A stretch of DNA of 64,000 nucleotides from Chrysomallon squamiferum. Lineage: Eukaryota; Animalia; Mollusca. Position numbers and translations under genes: made by a program. Shown here piece by piece: positions 12,551 through 26,860 of the stretch (position 1 is the stretch's first letter; each line of letters opens with the position of its first letter). The notes under the pieces were generated by a model. The model saw only the letters and a program-made list of their open reading frames with translations. It was not told the DNA's origin and did no database searches. The stretch is taken from positions 7,688,001 through 7,752,000 of the forward strand of contig CM022670.1 of NCBI GenBank assembly GCA_012295275.1, read 5' to 3'.

Positions 12551-13093
12551 CATGACTTTTTCAAAGGATTTTAGAATTAATTCAATAAAATGTTTCGAAA
12601 GCATATATAATTTTTTGGAATGTTTTGCTTTTGAAAACATACCTTCTAAATAGAGTTTGAAATAAATGTTTTGTAAATAAATATTTTTAAAATAGGATAA
12701 CAAAATAATAAAAATATAAACGAAAGTCCAAATCACAGTGTAATAAACATTACAATGGTCGACTTTAAATCAACTCGAATCGCTAGAGATAAAATTAGAA
12801 AAGAATGCTATACAATACGACAAAACCTCACTGTCTACGACAATTTTATATTTACATTTTCTAACATAAAGAAACCAAATTAAATGAAAACGTCCCCCCT
12901 CCAAAAAGTGTTTTCTACTAGTATTGATAATATTTGAAACAGAACAGGTCAGTTACTAAGTTAAAAGATATAACATTTTTCTCAATTTCGTGAGCTATTT
13001 CAAAAGATAGAACTGTTCAACTTGAAGTAGTAGTAGTAGTAGTAGTAGTAGTAACTGAAGTTATCATCACTAAGATCTTTATTATTATTATTA

Positions 13094-13140
<47 letters not shown>

Positions 13141-13475
13141 GTTATTATTATTATTATTATTATTACTGTATTACTGTTATAATTTTATCAGATTTCTTTT
13201 CTAAAATCTGTTCCCCGGACTTTGATTATTGAAAATTTAATTTTTTTAATATTTGGCTAAAAATCAGTAGCATTTAAATTCTTCCTGTTATTATATAAAA
13301 ATACTACAAGCAAACAAAGGTTCAGGCAAAAAGCTAATAACTAGTTCTTCAAAATGTTGAAATAATAAAAATGTATACATATTTTCGACAAAAAGCTGGA
13401 TTAGACAGACAAATAAAGAAAATTTTATCTAATTCTTTTGAAAAAACAGTGTCAAACATAAAACTGTCGATGTAA

Positions 13476-14759
13476 TTACTGGAATGATCCTGTATTTTTG
13501 GAAGCAAAGAATGACGACAATCCGCTTGCTGTCGCTGCAGACCCTGTTGATTGTGACGGTGCTCCTACCGCGGCAGATACAGAAGCAGCTGATCCAAATA
13601 ATGCGGCTGTTTTCGCTCCCACTGCTGCTACCTGTTAAAACAACGACGGTATTAACTTATCTATTTATTGCAGTATTCATTTTGGTAAATTAAAAAAAAG
13701 ACTACAGCACCTTAGTTACACGTTATATCAGTACTGGTAAATAAAAGATTTCCAACAATGACGATAGGTAGGAAAACGTAAATACGTGACTACATTAATA
13801 CACACATTCCAACATACTATCTATACATCTTGTATGATTATTTTTTAATATTAAAGACGATTATCTATATGTAGTATTTTATCCCACAGGCTCATATGCT
13901 CTGGACCTGACTTAGAGAATAGAGACTACATAATGAGATAAAATATTACATTAAGTCAAAAATCTTGATCTAACCTGTGTACTAGTTTTCTTATCGTATC
14001 TGCACCAGTTGGCAAAGTGTTCGCAGTTGTTTGTAGCAACATCGTATGCACCAAACTTTCCCTTTCCACGTTTCGATCTTGCTCTCTTCACAATTTCTTC
14101 TTTGCTGAATGGACTGCACATACAAGTAAGAAATGTAATTGTTGGCTTTAATTGCTTCATAAATTGTTATATCTTAAAACAAGTTACAAACATCGTTATT
14201 GCTAAATATTTTACATGAAAAATTTGATTGCTGTTAGAGGTTCTTTATTCAGGTAATATATACACCGAAGTCTGATGGGATTGGACTGTTCAAAACACGG
14301 ACATCTATATTAAAATACTTTTAATACTTATTTGTCTATCTTTTTTTTTTTAAATCTGTCTAAAACTCTACGATGAAACAAAATAATATTTGACAGTTAC
14401 CTTTCCCTAGAATCAACCTTATACGACGACTGACCACGAACAATTTCAAAATCTTCTTCTCTAATAATGCTGTCATTTGTCAAGTGAACAACTTTTCCAT
14501 CTCCTAGGAAACAAAAAATCACGATAAGTCATAGATACACGACAAAATGATATGTGAAGGTTATGAACAGAGATTCAGTTATTTGTATATATCTATATCC
14601 ATATATACATATACATATATATTTATGCAGTATGTATGTATGTATGTATGTATGTATGTATAAAACAGCAAACCACTATAATGTAATCTCACCAACAAAC
14701 ACGGCATAATGATAAATTCTTTCGCGTTTGAATATTATTATATCTCCTGGTTCTGGCAT
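13476..14759 (-). CDS. LRAT/PLAAT-like protein, copy 3 (154 aa)
   Basis: Exons 14759-14693, 14503-14401, 14113-13975, 13631-13476. MPEPGDIIIFKRERIYHYAVFVGDGKVVHLTND...YDVATNNCEHFANWCRYDKKTSTQ plus tail VAAVGAKTAALFGSAASVSAAVGAPSQSTGSAATASGLSSFFASKNTGSFQ*. Confidence 0.9.
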
Positions 14760-15810
14760 TGTTGATTTAAGTTGGACTATTCTCCAAGTTACCTCGTGAA
14801 TGAAACGTATGATAAACTTTGTATGTCAGCTTGTTAGTTTGAGATATTTTGACACTGAAATTGTTCCTGCTTCTAAAGAATACAACTGACATGTATGAAA
14901 CCTCAACTTGAAGTGTCAAAGGTGAAAGATGACTCAGCACGAATTTCCTTTGAACTCTATTTTCTTTTATTATTTATTTATATATTTAGTTATTAAAAGA
15001 TAACGCAAATAAAATATATTAAATTAAAGTAGCATCATTTTAATTTTCTGTTTATGGAGTAAAAGTATTTTCTTGGAAATCGCACTTCACAAGTCACAAA
15101 GGTTTGGCCTTGAATAAAAACAAATTTCTCGTTCCTAATTGATTTTGTATTGCGGTCAAAGGAAAATTACCTTTTTCTATACGTCACTCTATTACATACA
15201 CACACAGTTGTGGGTATGTGTATGTATATTTATGTGTATGTATAAATGTCGTATGTGAGTGTGTTTGTGTTTTTGTATTTTTCTGTATATCTGTGTATAT
15301 AATGTATGTATATATGTGTTTGTATATATATTTATATATGTATTTCTGTGAATAACTATTTTTACTTTTCTTATTGTTTTTATTACTTGTTATTCTTGCT
15401 ATCTTTTTTCTTTTTGTTGTTGCATTGTTGTTATTATTAATAATATTATTATTATTATTTATTCTTATTATAGCTGCATACTAATTAATATTACATTTGA
15501 AAGCTTTCTAACGTTTCTTAATTAAACTATTTCTTTTATATTTTTTCACGTATATGTGTGTTTGAGTTTGTGTGCACGTATACACCACACACACATAACC
15601 CGATTGTTAAATCATGTTTTTACTTTTCTGAAATGATAAGAAAAACTTTATGTAATTTACCCTCTTTTATTTACTTTTTTTTATTTTTATTTTTATTTTT
15701 ATTTTTATTTTTATTTTTATTTTTATTTTTATTTTTATTTTTATTTTTATTTTTATTTTTATTTTTATTTTTATTTTTATTTTTATTTATTTTTATTTTT
15801 ATTTTTTAAT

Positions 15811-15868
15811 GGAGGTATTTCGCATTCCACTGCGCATGTGCCCGTTGTTGGGTAATTCGAGGACGCAG
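15811..15868 (+). mobile_element. Truncated left end of the THAP element (also at ~34339-34395)
   Basis: GGAGGTATTTCGCATTCCACTGCGCATGTGCCCGTTGTTGGGTAA matches the element 5' end; part of a local tandem duplication. Confidence 0.7.
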
Positions 15869-16604
15869 GAAAATTACCTGCTTCTATAAGTCACTCTGTT
15901 ACACAGGTATTCAGGTTAAGTTATATTTATAGCCCGACACTCGTATATGAGTGTGTATGTATGTGTTTATGTATTTGTATGTATATATGTGTGTATTTAT
16001 GTATGTATATGTGTGTCTACATATATATGTATGCTTTCAAATATATATGTATGTATTTCTGTGTATAACTATTTTTGCTTTTATTATATTTACATTTATT
16101 ATTGTTTTTGTTATTGTTGTTATTGTTGTTATTCTTTTTCCTTCTTGTTGTTGTTTCTTTTGTATTTTGTCACGTATATACATCTATAAATACACACACA
16201 CATAACGCGATTTTTAAATAATGTTTCTAAAGTATATTTACTTTTCTGTAATGATAAAAAATACTTTATGTAATATTATAATTATTTATCACTTTTAAAT
16301 TATTTATATATCTTTTAATAACATATATTTTTATTTAAACTATTTTACAGTCTGTTTAGCGTGCCTAGACCACCTGAACACATAATTCAAACCCGTATTG
16401 TAATTTGACACTCTTTATAAATAATGAGCGAATCTGATTTAGAATAATTAAATATTTCAGTTAGAAGAATACGTACAGTTGGTTGTACATTCTTATAAAC
16501 CATAACTAACAAAACACCACAGCAGTTATTTTTTATTTTTGACATCATTTTTTAATGTACCAAGTTTAATTTCTATTTATTGAATATTCATTTTTTAATG
16601 TAAT

Positions 16605-17723
16605 GGAGGTATTTCACATTCCAATGCGTATGTGCCCGTTGTTGGGTAAATCGAGGACGCAAATCGCGAGATCTCGCCAAAATAGCCCTACTTGCAAATT
16701 GGTGGGCAAAAGCAATCATGCTGTAATGGGAGGCCATGACCATTGCTCAGTCATTAACTGTTCCAGTCGCAAAAGTCCGGGAAATGCATACAGAAAACGT
16801 GTGTGGGTAATCGCTTCACATAGAAACGAAAGAGATTTTAATGTTACTGCAAGCATGAGGGTTTGTTCGGCACATTTTTTAGGTATGAAGCTAGTAAACG
16901 ACAAGAAACATATGGACTATATACCAACCCTGAATATGGGAAGTGAAACTGTCTTAACACCTTGGATATCAAAAAACAAATGAAATTAATGACCTGGTTC
17001 AGATAACTTCGGATAACAAGAGTTTCAATTATGTTCTTAATTATTCGGTCTACCGCAACTAGTTGAGGTGTTTGTTGCGTGTAGTCACAAATTCTTAGCA
17101 GGGGTTGTATGAGTATGTACGTGTTTTTCTGAGAATATGATTAAAGGTACAATCTTCAATATAACAGTTATATGCTACACCAAAAATAAATGGTTTGTTT
17201 ATGGTCATTTTGTCATTATTCGGTCAGAGATGTGACTGCAACAAATGTGTAAATAATCTGGCTGTAAATGGTATTTCTACACAGACTTGCTGTACAAACA
17301 AGTTACTGCCCATGTTTGAAGTGCGTCTGTGCGGAATTGGCACCTGCTAACCCTTCATCTGGACCTGAATTGTTTTGAGAGGTGGTTTTTCAATTATACT
17401 GCGTGTGTTTGTGTGTACATAAGCAAACAGGGTCCCATTTTTGTAGTTGGGGGACGACAGGCTCGATAACAGTATTTATGAATAATAATATTAAGCTTAT
17501 ATACATTTATACAGAAAAATATTATAGGTACATGTATATGGCCTTTATATCATCTAATTCGAAATATGTACATGTTAGTTGCCAAAGTTGAGAGGCTTCG
17601 TTATGTCGCCCATAACAACCTGTCTGTCACGCCCCTCAATTTTTAGATAGACTAGTTTCAGTCGAGTTTGTCAAGGGACGTTACTCTTCGCGCGAATGCG
17701 CAATAGGAGTGTGAAATATCTCT
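16605..17723 (+). mobile_element. Non-autonomous THAP-encoding DNA transposon, ISL2EU/PIF-Harbinger-like
   Basis: Imperfect TIRs GGAGGTATTTCACA...TGTGAAATATCTCT flanked by AT on both sides. The internal ORF encodes a THAP C2CH signature (CSVINC...W...RVCSAHF...IPTL). Empty paralogous sites with a single AT at ~3082 and ~9477. Confidence 0.8.
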
Positions 17724-19265
17724 ATTTACATTACGTTTTGTTTTCATTAGCTGTAGTATACTCAGTAACTCGTGCAGTTTTGTTCAACTGACCGCGTGGA
17801 ATTTCGATAACGCTACATCATTTTAAAAAATAATTAAAATTTAATACGATCCCGAAAAACATCAACATAATAATAACTGCAGACCAATGATTAACTGGCC
17901 ATTTAATTTATATTAGAAAACATTACACTTGAAAATAGCTGAAATCTATTTTTTTATATCAAACAACCTTATCAGAAGGATGTAAAAGGAAAATATTTGT
18001 TATAATTTCTGACTGTAAATTTTTTTTTATTTTTGGTTGCTGTAGACAGACAGACAGCAGGTAAATAGAATGATCTATAGATTAATAGATAGAGAAATAT
18101 AAAGGTAGATAAATTGATAGAATTTTAACTGTTGAAATAGTTATGAGTCTCTATCTTTGTCTCTACTTCGCTTGAAATATGTCTTTATCTTTATCTGTCG
18201 TTTTATTTGTCATTTTATGTTCATTTTTAAACGCAGTGAGCTGGCAATTTCTTATGAAGAAGACATATACTGATAAATTAGTTTTCGTTTATTCTTTTTC
18301 TTCTTCTAATTCTTCTATTGTTGCATGTATGTATTCATACTTATATTATTCACGAATGTATTCACATAAAAAAGACTGTCTCATATTGATTCTTTTGAGC
18401 CGGATACATACGTACAAACATATATACATACATACTGGCCCATATATTATTAATTTATTGGACTTTTTAGAATCAAGTGAGCAGTAAACTGAAGTAATAC
18501 CATTTCCACAGAAGGTTTTTCCTTTAAATTGTTTTGTTAGTGACATCGTATGCTTTTCTTAGTGACATAGCTCTGATTTCAAAGGTCATCATTTTTACTT
18601 CGAGATATCTCTTTAGTAAACTTTGAACTATTTTTATTAGACTGATATTTTTGTTGTTGTTGTACTGTGCATTTCTTCGAAATCGTCTTTTATTTTTGAC
18701 TTATCGTTATCTTTCTTCGAACTATTGTCGTACACGACACTAGACTAATATTTGCTTTTCTGATATTTATCTCACTTCAGTTTTGTTATGAGTGATAATC
18801 CGAGGTGTTTGTTTAAAACTGTTTAAATTGTATGTCAGTAAAAAGAGTTTACGTTACAAAACTTTGAAATAGACAATGAACGTTATTCTATCAAAATCAG
18901 TTCAGTAAACCTCAACTAGTCAATTGTGACAAAGGTGTATTTTATATAACTGAATTGCTCAAGTTTGTTTTGATGGCCGAACGGTAACGTTGTCCGCCAT
19001 CGAAGTGCGGGCGAATGGGTGCTTTCTTTCGCCTCTTTATCAGCGGCCTATGACGGTGTTTGTGAGGTTGTGATTGGACTTTGTCCTCCTGCGCCAGTGC
19101 GTTCCCGAATATTGTCTGTGTACAGAGTCTAATCAGACGTAGGTAGGGCAGAGAATATTCAAATCTTAAAATACATATACGTACATACACTGAGACAGAT
19201 ACAGTCATATCTTTTTTTTTGGTTTAAACATTCATTATGTATTTTGTCACGTATCGGTGTGTGTG

Positions 19266-19300
<35 letters not shown>

Positions 19301-19769
19301 ATGTGTGTGTGTGTGTGTGCAAACACATAACTTGATTTGTTAAATAATGTTTTTTTTAATTATATATAGGTTTATATATATATGTGTGATGAAAAGAAAT
19401 ACTTTATGTAAATTTACCCTCTTGCTTTATAATATTATACTTATTTTACCACAATTTTTTCAAATTATTTTTGTATTTTTTCTTAAATTATCTTTTTATT
19501 GAAACTATTTTAGAGTCTCTAATTAACATGTATAGACCAGCTGACCACATAAATCAAACCAGTATTTTATCATTTTTATCATGTGTATTGTAATTTTACA
19601 CTCTAATAAAAAAAAAAAATAAAAAAAAAATTAACCAGCGAATCTGATTTAGAATAATTAATTGTTTAAGTTAGAAACGTATCAAGTTTATTTTCCGTTG
19701 TATTAAAATGATTTTGTTATTTATTCAATATTTATTTATTGGAGGTTTTCGTTGTTGTTCTTGATGATG

Positions 19770-20105
19770 TTTATTTTTATTTATTCTGAATTTGGGACAT
19801 GGTCTGCTGGGGAAAGAATGAACGGCATTACTTTTAGTAAACAGTAAAACAAATAAGAAACATAAAATTAGTATCATTTTAAGTTAAGAGCAGTGTCTCA
19901 TATTTGCTTTTTAATATTAATTCTACAGCAGACAAATATTACAAAGTTTTTTGAATAATGTGTAAAAATTACTCGTCAGTATTCAAAAGACAAAAACAAA
20001 TGTATATATGAAGAAAGAAATACAAAAAGAAAAGGAAAGGAAAGACTGAATAATTAAAGAAATAATAATAACGAAGTAAACTAAAACTGGATTATTTACC
20101 TTAAG

Positions 20106-20150
<45 letters not shown>
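19770..20150 (+). repeat. Diverged copy of the paramyosin 3' region (~38440-38880)
   Basis: TTATTCTGAATTYGGGACRTGGTCTRCTGGGGAAAGAATGAACGGCAT and AAAACTGGATTATT...(GT)n occur colinearly at both loci. Confidence 0.8.
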
Positions 20151-22301
20151 TGTGTGTTGGTGGATCATTTTGAAGAAATCACAGTTAAGTAAATCCTCAT
20201 TCTCGATTCCAAAACTAAAACTAAAAAAACCGTTTGGAATAAATGTTGAATCGGGCAAATGTTAAGACAGAGAGATAAAATAATTTCCCCAATAATTTAT
20301 GTTGACATTAGTAAAATTGTGAAGGAACAATATTTTAATTTACTGATTACCATGAAAAATCCAATAACAACACGTCCCGTTATAGATTACAATAAAAAAA
20401 AACTCAAGTCTAATAGACATTTTAGTCTCAAAGCTATTTTCTGAATAGTATGCCTGTATAACGTCATGTTCCCAAAGGATTTACGAATTAATTCGATAAA
20501 AGGTGCGTAGATCTTTTGAAATGTATTTTTTGGAATGTTTCTGTTTTTAAAATGTTACATATTTTTTTTACAGACTTGAAGAAAAGATACCTTCTAAACA
20601 CTGTTTGAAATAATTTGAATTAGATTCTTGAAATGTATTTGTTTTTAGAAGTGTATTTATATTAAATGTTACATTATTTGTACAATTATAGAAAGGCTAT
20701 TTTCAAAATAGTTATTAAAATAGAAATGTACTGTTTTCTTCTAGAAATGTATAACTGAACAAGTCTGAACGCTCTTGTATATAGCTTTGAAATGTTTTAT
20801 GCATTAAAATATATGTCTTAAAATTTGATAACAAAATAATTAATATACAAGCAAAGGACCAAAGCACACTGCAATAAACGTTACAATGATCAACTTTAAT
20901 TTTTTTCATAATAAAAAAAATGTCCTGTACCAATCCGAGGTTTAATTCTTAAATCCAAACATACATACACGTAGGCCCATTTATTATTCATTTCTTTCTT
21001 TCTTAGAATCAAGTACGCAGTAAACTGAAGTAATGCAATTTCCAGAGAAGCTTGTTCTCTGTGTATTTCCTACTTCTACAGTTCTGACGACAAAGGCAAT
21101 CAGCTTGACTTCGAAAATTGTCAGCTATTTTTTTTATTAGGCTCGTGCATTTCTCGGAAATTGTCTTTTGTTTATAGTTTATTGTGATCTCTTTTTTTAG
21201 CTGAATTGTCACATATCTCACTATACTAGTATTTGTATTTATGTAACTGATATTCATGCGTAATAAACCAAGCTGTTATTCATCAAAATCAGCTAGTGAA
21301 GCGTGACAAAGTTGTGTTCTATATTTCTTTACACTAACTGAATATAATTTATTTCTTAACAGAGGAAGGTATATTCATACAAACATTCAAGCATTTATAT
21401 GTACATACATGCATACATTTATACATACACACACATTCATACATACATACGTACATATCCACATAGACAAACATACATACATACATATGCATACTTACAC
21501 ATACATACCTACATATGCATAAACACATATATGTACACACACACACATACACACAAACACATATCTACTTTACATACTTGAACTCTAATAATGTCAGTTT
21601 GCACGTTTACATGATATAAATCACACACAATATTAATTTTAATTTTAATCTTTCCTTTTCTAAATATTGTACAGTAAACTGCACAGTAAGAAGTAAAGCC
21701 AATACTTGCCTTAGCTTTAAATAAACTGCTTGAAAAGAATGTTGTGAGAAAAAGGGAAAAAAGTTACAAAAATCTGGGCATAAAAGATCAAAAGTTATAT
21801 AATTATCCCATAATGGGTTCCTAAAATGATATATATTTGTATATTAAGATGGTATTATCTACATCTGTCTACTTAGTCCTATTTTCTTTTTACTGAATCC
21901 AAGAAACCATTCTCATTTACAAGATGACTACTTCTGAGCAGAAAAAAAATTAGAAGAAAAAAAGATAATAATAGTGTGCCAGAGAGAAAAAAAGGAGAAA
22001 AATCATTTGACAAAATTTTATATTCGTAAAGAGTGATTGACAAGCGTCGTCAGTATCTGGATTTCTTCTGATAACATTCTAAGGTGAACAAAGTGACGAT
22101 ATTCGTTGATATTTGAGGATAATCTTCGCCCTCCTTTCTTATAGACCACATTATGGACCGGACCTGTTTCAGGGAATCGAGTCATTTATGATGAGACAAA
22201 ATAATACAGAAAAACTGATCTGACAGATAGCTTTGACAACATATAAAACCAATTCTTTAAAAATGTCTAGTTTCCTTTCAGAAATGTTTTTTTCCCTCAC
22301 T

Positions 22302-22420
22302 TTTGTGCTCTTTTTAACCATATTTGCACCAGCTGTCAAAGTGCTTGCAAATGTTTGAAGCTACAATGTACTTAGCAAAGGTTTCAGTCCAACATTCGAT
22401 TTTACTCTCTTCACAATTTC
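22302..22420 (-). pseudogene. PLAAT-like exon-3 remnant
   Basis: EIVKRVKSNVG / frameshift / AKYIVASNICKHFDSWCKYG*. Confidence 0.8.
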
Positions 22421-23209
22421 TTTAGTTTTCTTATTGTTCTTTCTTTTTCATCTCTCATTTTTCTTTTTCTTTCTTCCTCTGTCTCTCAAAGCGTTTGTTC
22501 CTTCCTCGGTTTTTATCTTTTCTTTCACACAATTCACAATGCTAAGTAAGATAATACTCTTTAGCGATGAAGTCGTTTGTGTTTAGTATTTGTTTAAAAA
22601 CTGTTCTCTGACCTTATTTTTATTATTTACTTACTTATTTATTTAAATTTCTAAATATAACGCTGTAAAAAAAAATATATTACATTGAAGTACCATCATT
22701 ATCCTGCCAACAGTTTGTTACAGGTCACCAAGTTTTGTCCTCATAATGTATATACATATCTCGTTTCCCTTTGTATTGCAGATAAAGGAAAATTACCTAC
22801 TTATTTCTATACGTCAATCTAATCCTCAGGAATCTACGTTAGGTTACAATTCTTCGTGCAGAAATCCAATGTTAATAACCCACCAAGCAACAAAGACTTA
22901 TTCACATATCAAAGCTCTGTACATATGTATACTTACATACATATATATTAAAAAACCTAAAAAAAAAAACAATTTAAAAACCTCCACAAGCACATAACAT
23001 TTAAGTCAGTCAACAATTTTAAATACTGTAGTCAGACAATGTCTTTTCTTTTTATCTTTTTTTTCCGTCCGTTTAAACATTCACATCATATAAAGAACAC
23101 ACAATAATATTTGTCATTAAGTCATTTCAACTTTTCTTACTCAAAATATTGTACAGTAAACTGCACAGTAATAGTAAAGCCAATATAATAAAACCTGGTT
23201 TTCTGTAAC

Positions 23210-23505
23210 AATTTTATTTTAATATTTTCGAAGATAAACAAACTAAACTAAAAGAAAACGTCCACCACCACCAAAAATAGTGTTAAACATTTTAATATAA
23301 GCAATGTTTTGTGAATAAAGAAAATTAAATTAAAATATCAAAACATTCTAGTTTTATCAAAGATTTAGTTAATTATAAAATGACTGAAAGGTACAAAATT
23401 TGTGTGAACTCTTTTTAACATCTCTGGTTAGGAATATCATTAAATGATATAACATTCTTTTTTAGTTTCATAAAATGTTTTAAAAGACAGATCTGTTCAA
23501 GTTAA

Positions 23506-23538
<33 letters not shown>

Positions 23539-24480
23539 TTATTTTTAAATATTTGGTTAAAAATCAATAACATATAGATTTTTTCGGTTATAGTTCTTCA
23601 AAAAAGAAAATGATAATAATATATACATATATTTAAAAAAAAAAAAACTGGATTAGACTGACAAATGGAAAAAGAAGTCTTTAGTTAATTCTTTAAAAAA
23701 CAAACTTAAAAGCAGTGTCAAATTGAAAACTGTCTCTTGATTACTGAGGTAATCCTCTAGCGTCGGAAGCTAAGGTTCTTGCAGTCTCGCTGAAAAAACC
23801 TGCAGACGATCCAAGTAGATAACCAGCATATTTAGATACAGAGGCCATTCCCTTCGCCACCGTTGCTACCTGTTAAAAACAAAAAAGATCTTCCGATAGC
23901 ATTAAGTTATCTATTTACTGCAGTACCAGTTTCATTAAATTACTAAAACACTACAGCAGCTTAGTCGCACGTTATATCAGTACTGGTAAACAGAATATTT
24001 CTAATAATGACGATACGTAGGACAAATTAAATACATGACTATTACAACAGACCCTGATCTTTCCAACGTCCTGTCTACACATCTTGTGTCATTGTTGTAA
24101 TCAATAGAAGTATTTTCTAATATTCAAGATGGTATTATCTACATGTTTGTACTTTGTCCTATTTTCATTTTATTGAATGAAGCAAAATCATTCTCGTTCA
24201 ATTATGAATATTTATAAATGAAGGGGGGGTGGAAGTAATAAACTATACAGGAAAAAACTAACCAGAGATGATTAAAAAAATTCATACAGATTTTGTGCCT
24301 TTCAGTCATCTTATAACTAACTAAATGTTTGATGAAACTAGAATGTTTTGATTTTTTAATTTAATTTTCTTTATTCACAAAACATTGCTTAAATTAAAAT
24401 ATTTATCACTATTTTTGCTGGTGGTGGACGTTTTCTTTTAGCTTTGTTTGTTTATCTTCGAAAATATTAAAATAAAATTT
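23210..24480. repeat. ~220-bp inverted repeat pair (23210-23431 / 24258-24480)
   Basis: AAAAGAAAACGTCCACCACCA (~23250-23270) is mirrored by TGGTGGTGGACGTTTTCTTTT (~24419-24439); colinear reverse complement over the whole arm. Confidence 0.88.
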
Positions 24481-25255
24481 TAGCGGGTCTCATTGAGCTC
24501 AAAGAATATGTATAAAATATTACATTAAGTCAAAAACATTGATCTCAAAGATATCTATCATTAAAAGAATGAACAAAATTTCTTTAAAAATATTTCTTTT
24601 GCTCGTGAGATCTATCATTTAAAATAAATCACCTGTGTACTTGATTTGTCACCGTATCTGCACCAGCGGGCAAAGTGTTCGCAGTTGTTTTTAGAAACAT
24701 GGTATTGACCAAACGTGTTTTGTCCAATCATTGATCTCGCTCGGTTCACAATTTCACTTTCGCTGAACGGACTACACATACAAGTAAGAAATGTAATTGT
24801 TGGTTTTAACAGATTCATAAATTGTTATACCATATAAACATTGTTTCTGCTAAATATTTTACATGAAAAATTTGTGCCTGATTATTCCTTTTAGTTTCTG
24901 ATTACTGTTACAGGTTCTTTATTGAAATAATATATACTCCATATTTAGGTGAAATCAGAAATCTACATTGCAATACCTTTTTTGACAGATTTGTTTAAAA
25001 ATCTAATATGAAATAAAATAATATTTGACAATTACCTTTTCCCAGAATCAATCGTATACGGCGATCCATTTCTAACATCTTCAAAATAGTTTTCAGTAAT
25101 AGAGCTGTCGCCGTTTAAGTGAACAACTTTTCCATTTCCTAAAAAACCCCAGAAAATAAATATAAAATAGGAAAGTATTACAAACCAAATGCAAAGTTCA
25201 AGATAATTCAGAGACATATGAGATAATGCATACGTGAAACTTATGAACAGAGATT

Positions 25256-25291
<36 letters not shown>

Positions 25292-25419
25292 GAGCGAGGG
25301 ATATGCATATATATGTATCAAACAAGAAATCAGTATAATGTAAGCTTACCAACATAAACCGCGTCATGATGGAAGAATGGGTTGCGTTTGAATATTATTA
25401 TATCTCCTGGTTCTGGCAT
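23741..25419 (-). CDS. LRAT/PLAAT-like protein, copy 4 (146 aa, most divergent)
   Basis: Exons 25419-25350, 25138-25036, 24771-24633, 23869-23741. MPEPGDIIIFKRNPFFHHDAVYVGNGKVVHLNGD...YHVSKNNCEHFARWCRYGDKSSTQ plus VATVAKGMASVSKYAGYLLGSSAGFFSETARTLASDARGLPQ*. Confidence 0.9.
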
Positions 25420-26204
25420 TGTTGATCTGAGCTGGAATGTTTTCGAAGTCACCTCAAGAACGAAACGTATGATAAAACCGGTTTGTCAGCTTGTTCGTTT
25501 GAGATCTGCTTAAACTGAAATTCTTCCTGCTTCTCAGGAATTAACACTTAACTCGAAATGTCAAAGGTGAAAGATGATTAAGCATGAATCGTGATTTCTT
25601 GTCTAATTGATATGAAATGTGAAAAGCACAGTGTGTAACAAAAAATTAAGATATCAAAAAAAAGAAGAAGAAAAGCTTTCTAGTGTCTGAGTTTGTTTAT
25701 ATTTGTGTGTGTGTGTGCGTGTTAATGAACAATTTTTTTTCTTGTATCTTTCAATATCAGTCTGTTCATTTCTCTTGTCTCTCTAAATTGTAATCAGTAG
25801 ATGAACAATGATATAATACTAGTTAGAGGTGGAATGAATTGTTTCGGTTATGTCTTTCAAACTCTAATTAATTTATTTATTTATTTATTTTATTTTATTT
25901 TTATTTATTAGAAGATAACGCAAATAAAGTATATTAAATTAAAGTAGCAAAATTTTAATTTTCTATTTACAGAGTAAACGTATTTTCGTGGTAAACGCAC
26001 TTTACATGTCATAAAGGTTTGGCTTTGTGTAAATATACTTCTCAAAGGAAGTTAAAAGTCGAAGGAATTTTTGATCATTTTTTGGAAGCATTGTTTTATT
26101 TTAGGCAAGATAGGGCCAGAATATTAACCTTTGTGTTGTCATTTGGACGAAAGACATCACATTATTAAGGGGCATGCAAGTATTTCCCTTATCTTTAGAA
26201 CATT

Positions 26205-26860
26205 TTAAGTTAACCCAGAATTCCTTTGCATGGAAGCAAATACATAGTGTGACTAAACTGACAACCTGTCTCGATACACCCACTGTCAAACCTCGCGCCC
26301 CATTTGCATGTGCTTAGCATTAGTGTAATTCAATGCATGCCAATTTTAGCTATAAAAGAGATGAGCATGATTAATTTTTTAAATAATAAAAATGTACGGT
26401 ACTAATTCGTTATTTAATTCTTAAATACATATATACATACACACACACCGGCCAATATATTATTCATTTTTTTCTTTTATCAGAATCAAGTACGGAGTAA
26501 ATTAAAGTAATACAATTTCCAAGGAAGCTTTTTCTTTGTGTCTTTTCTAGATGCACAGCTCTGAGGTCAAAGGCCATTAGTTTTACCTCGAAACTTGTCA
26601 GCTATTTTTACTAGGCTCGTGTATTTCTCGAATATTGTCTTTTGTTCATAGTTTACGTGATCTCTTTGTTTCGCAGAAATGTAACATATCTCACTAAACT
26701 AGTATTAGTATTCATGTAACTGATATTCATGCGTCGTAAACCGAGCTGTTACTCTGTGAAGATCCACTAGTCAAATGTGACGAACCTGACTTTTATATTT
26801 CTTTACGCTAACTGAATATAATTTATTTTCTTAATAGAGGAAGGAAAATTCATACATACA
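26205..26860 (+). repeat. Direct copy of ~3445-4110
   Basis: TTTTAAGTTAACCCAGAATTCCTTTGCATGGAAGC... almost identical over several hundred bp. Confidence 0.85.

Noticed and set aside
18960-19160. GC-richer island, possible SINE or exon
   Set aside because: No clear A/B boxes, splice sites or protein similarity.
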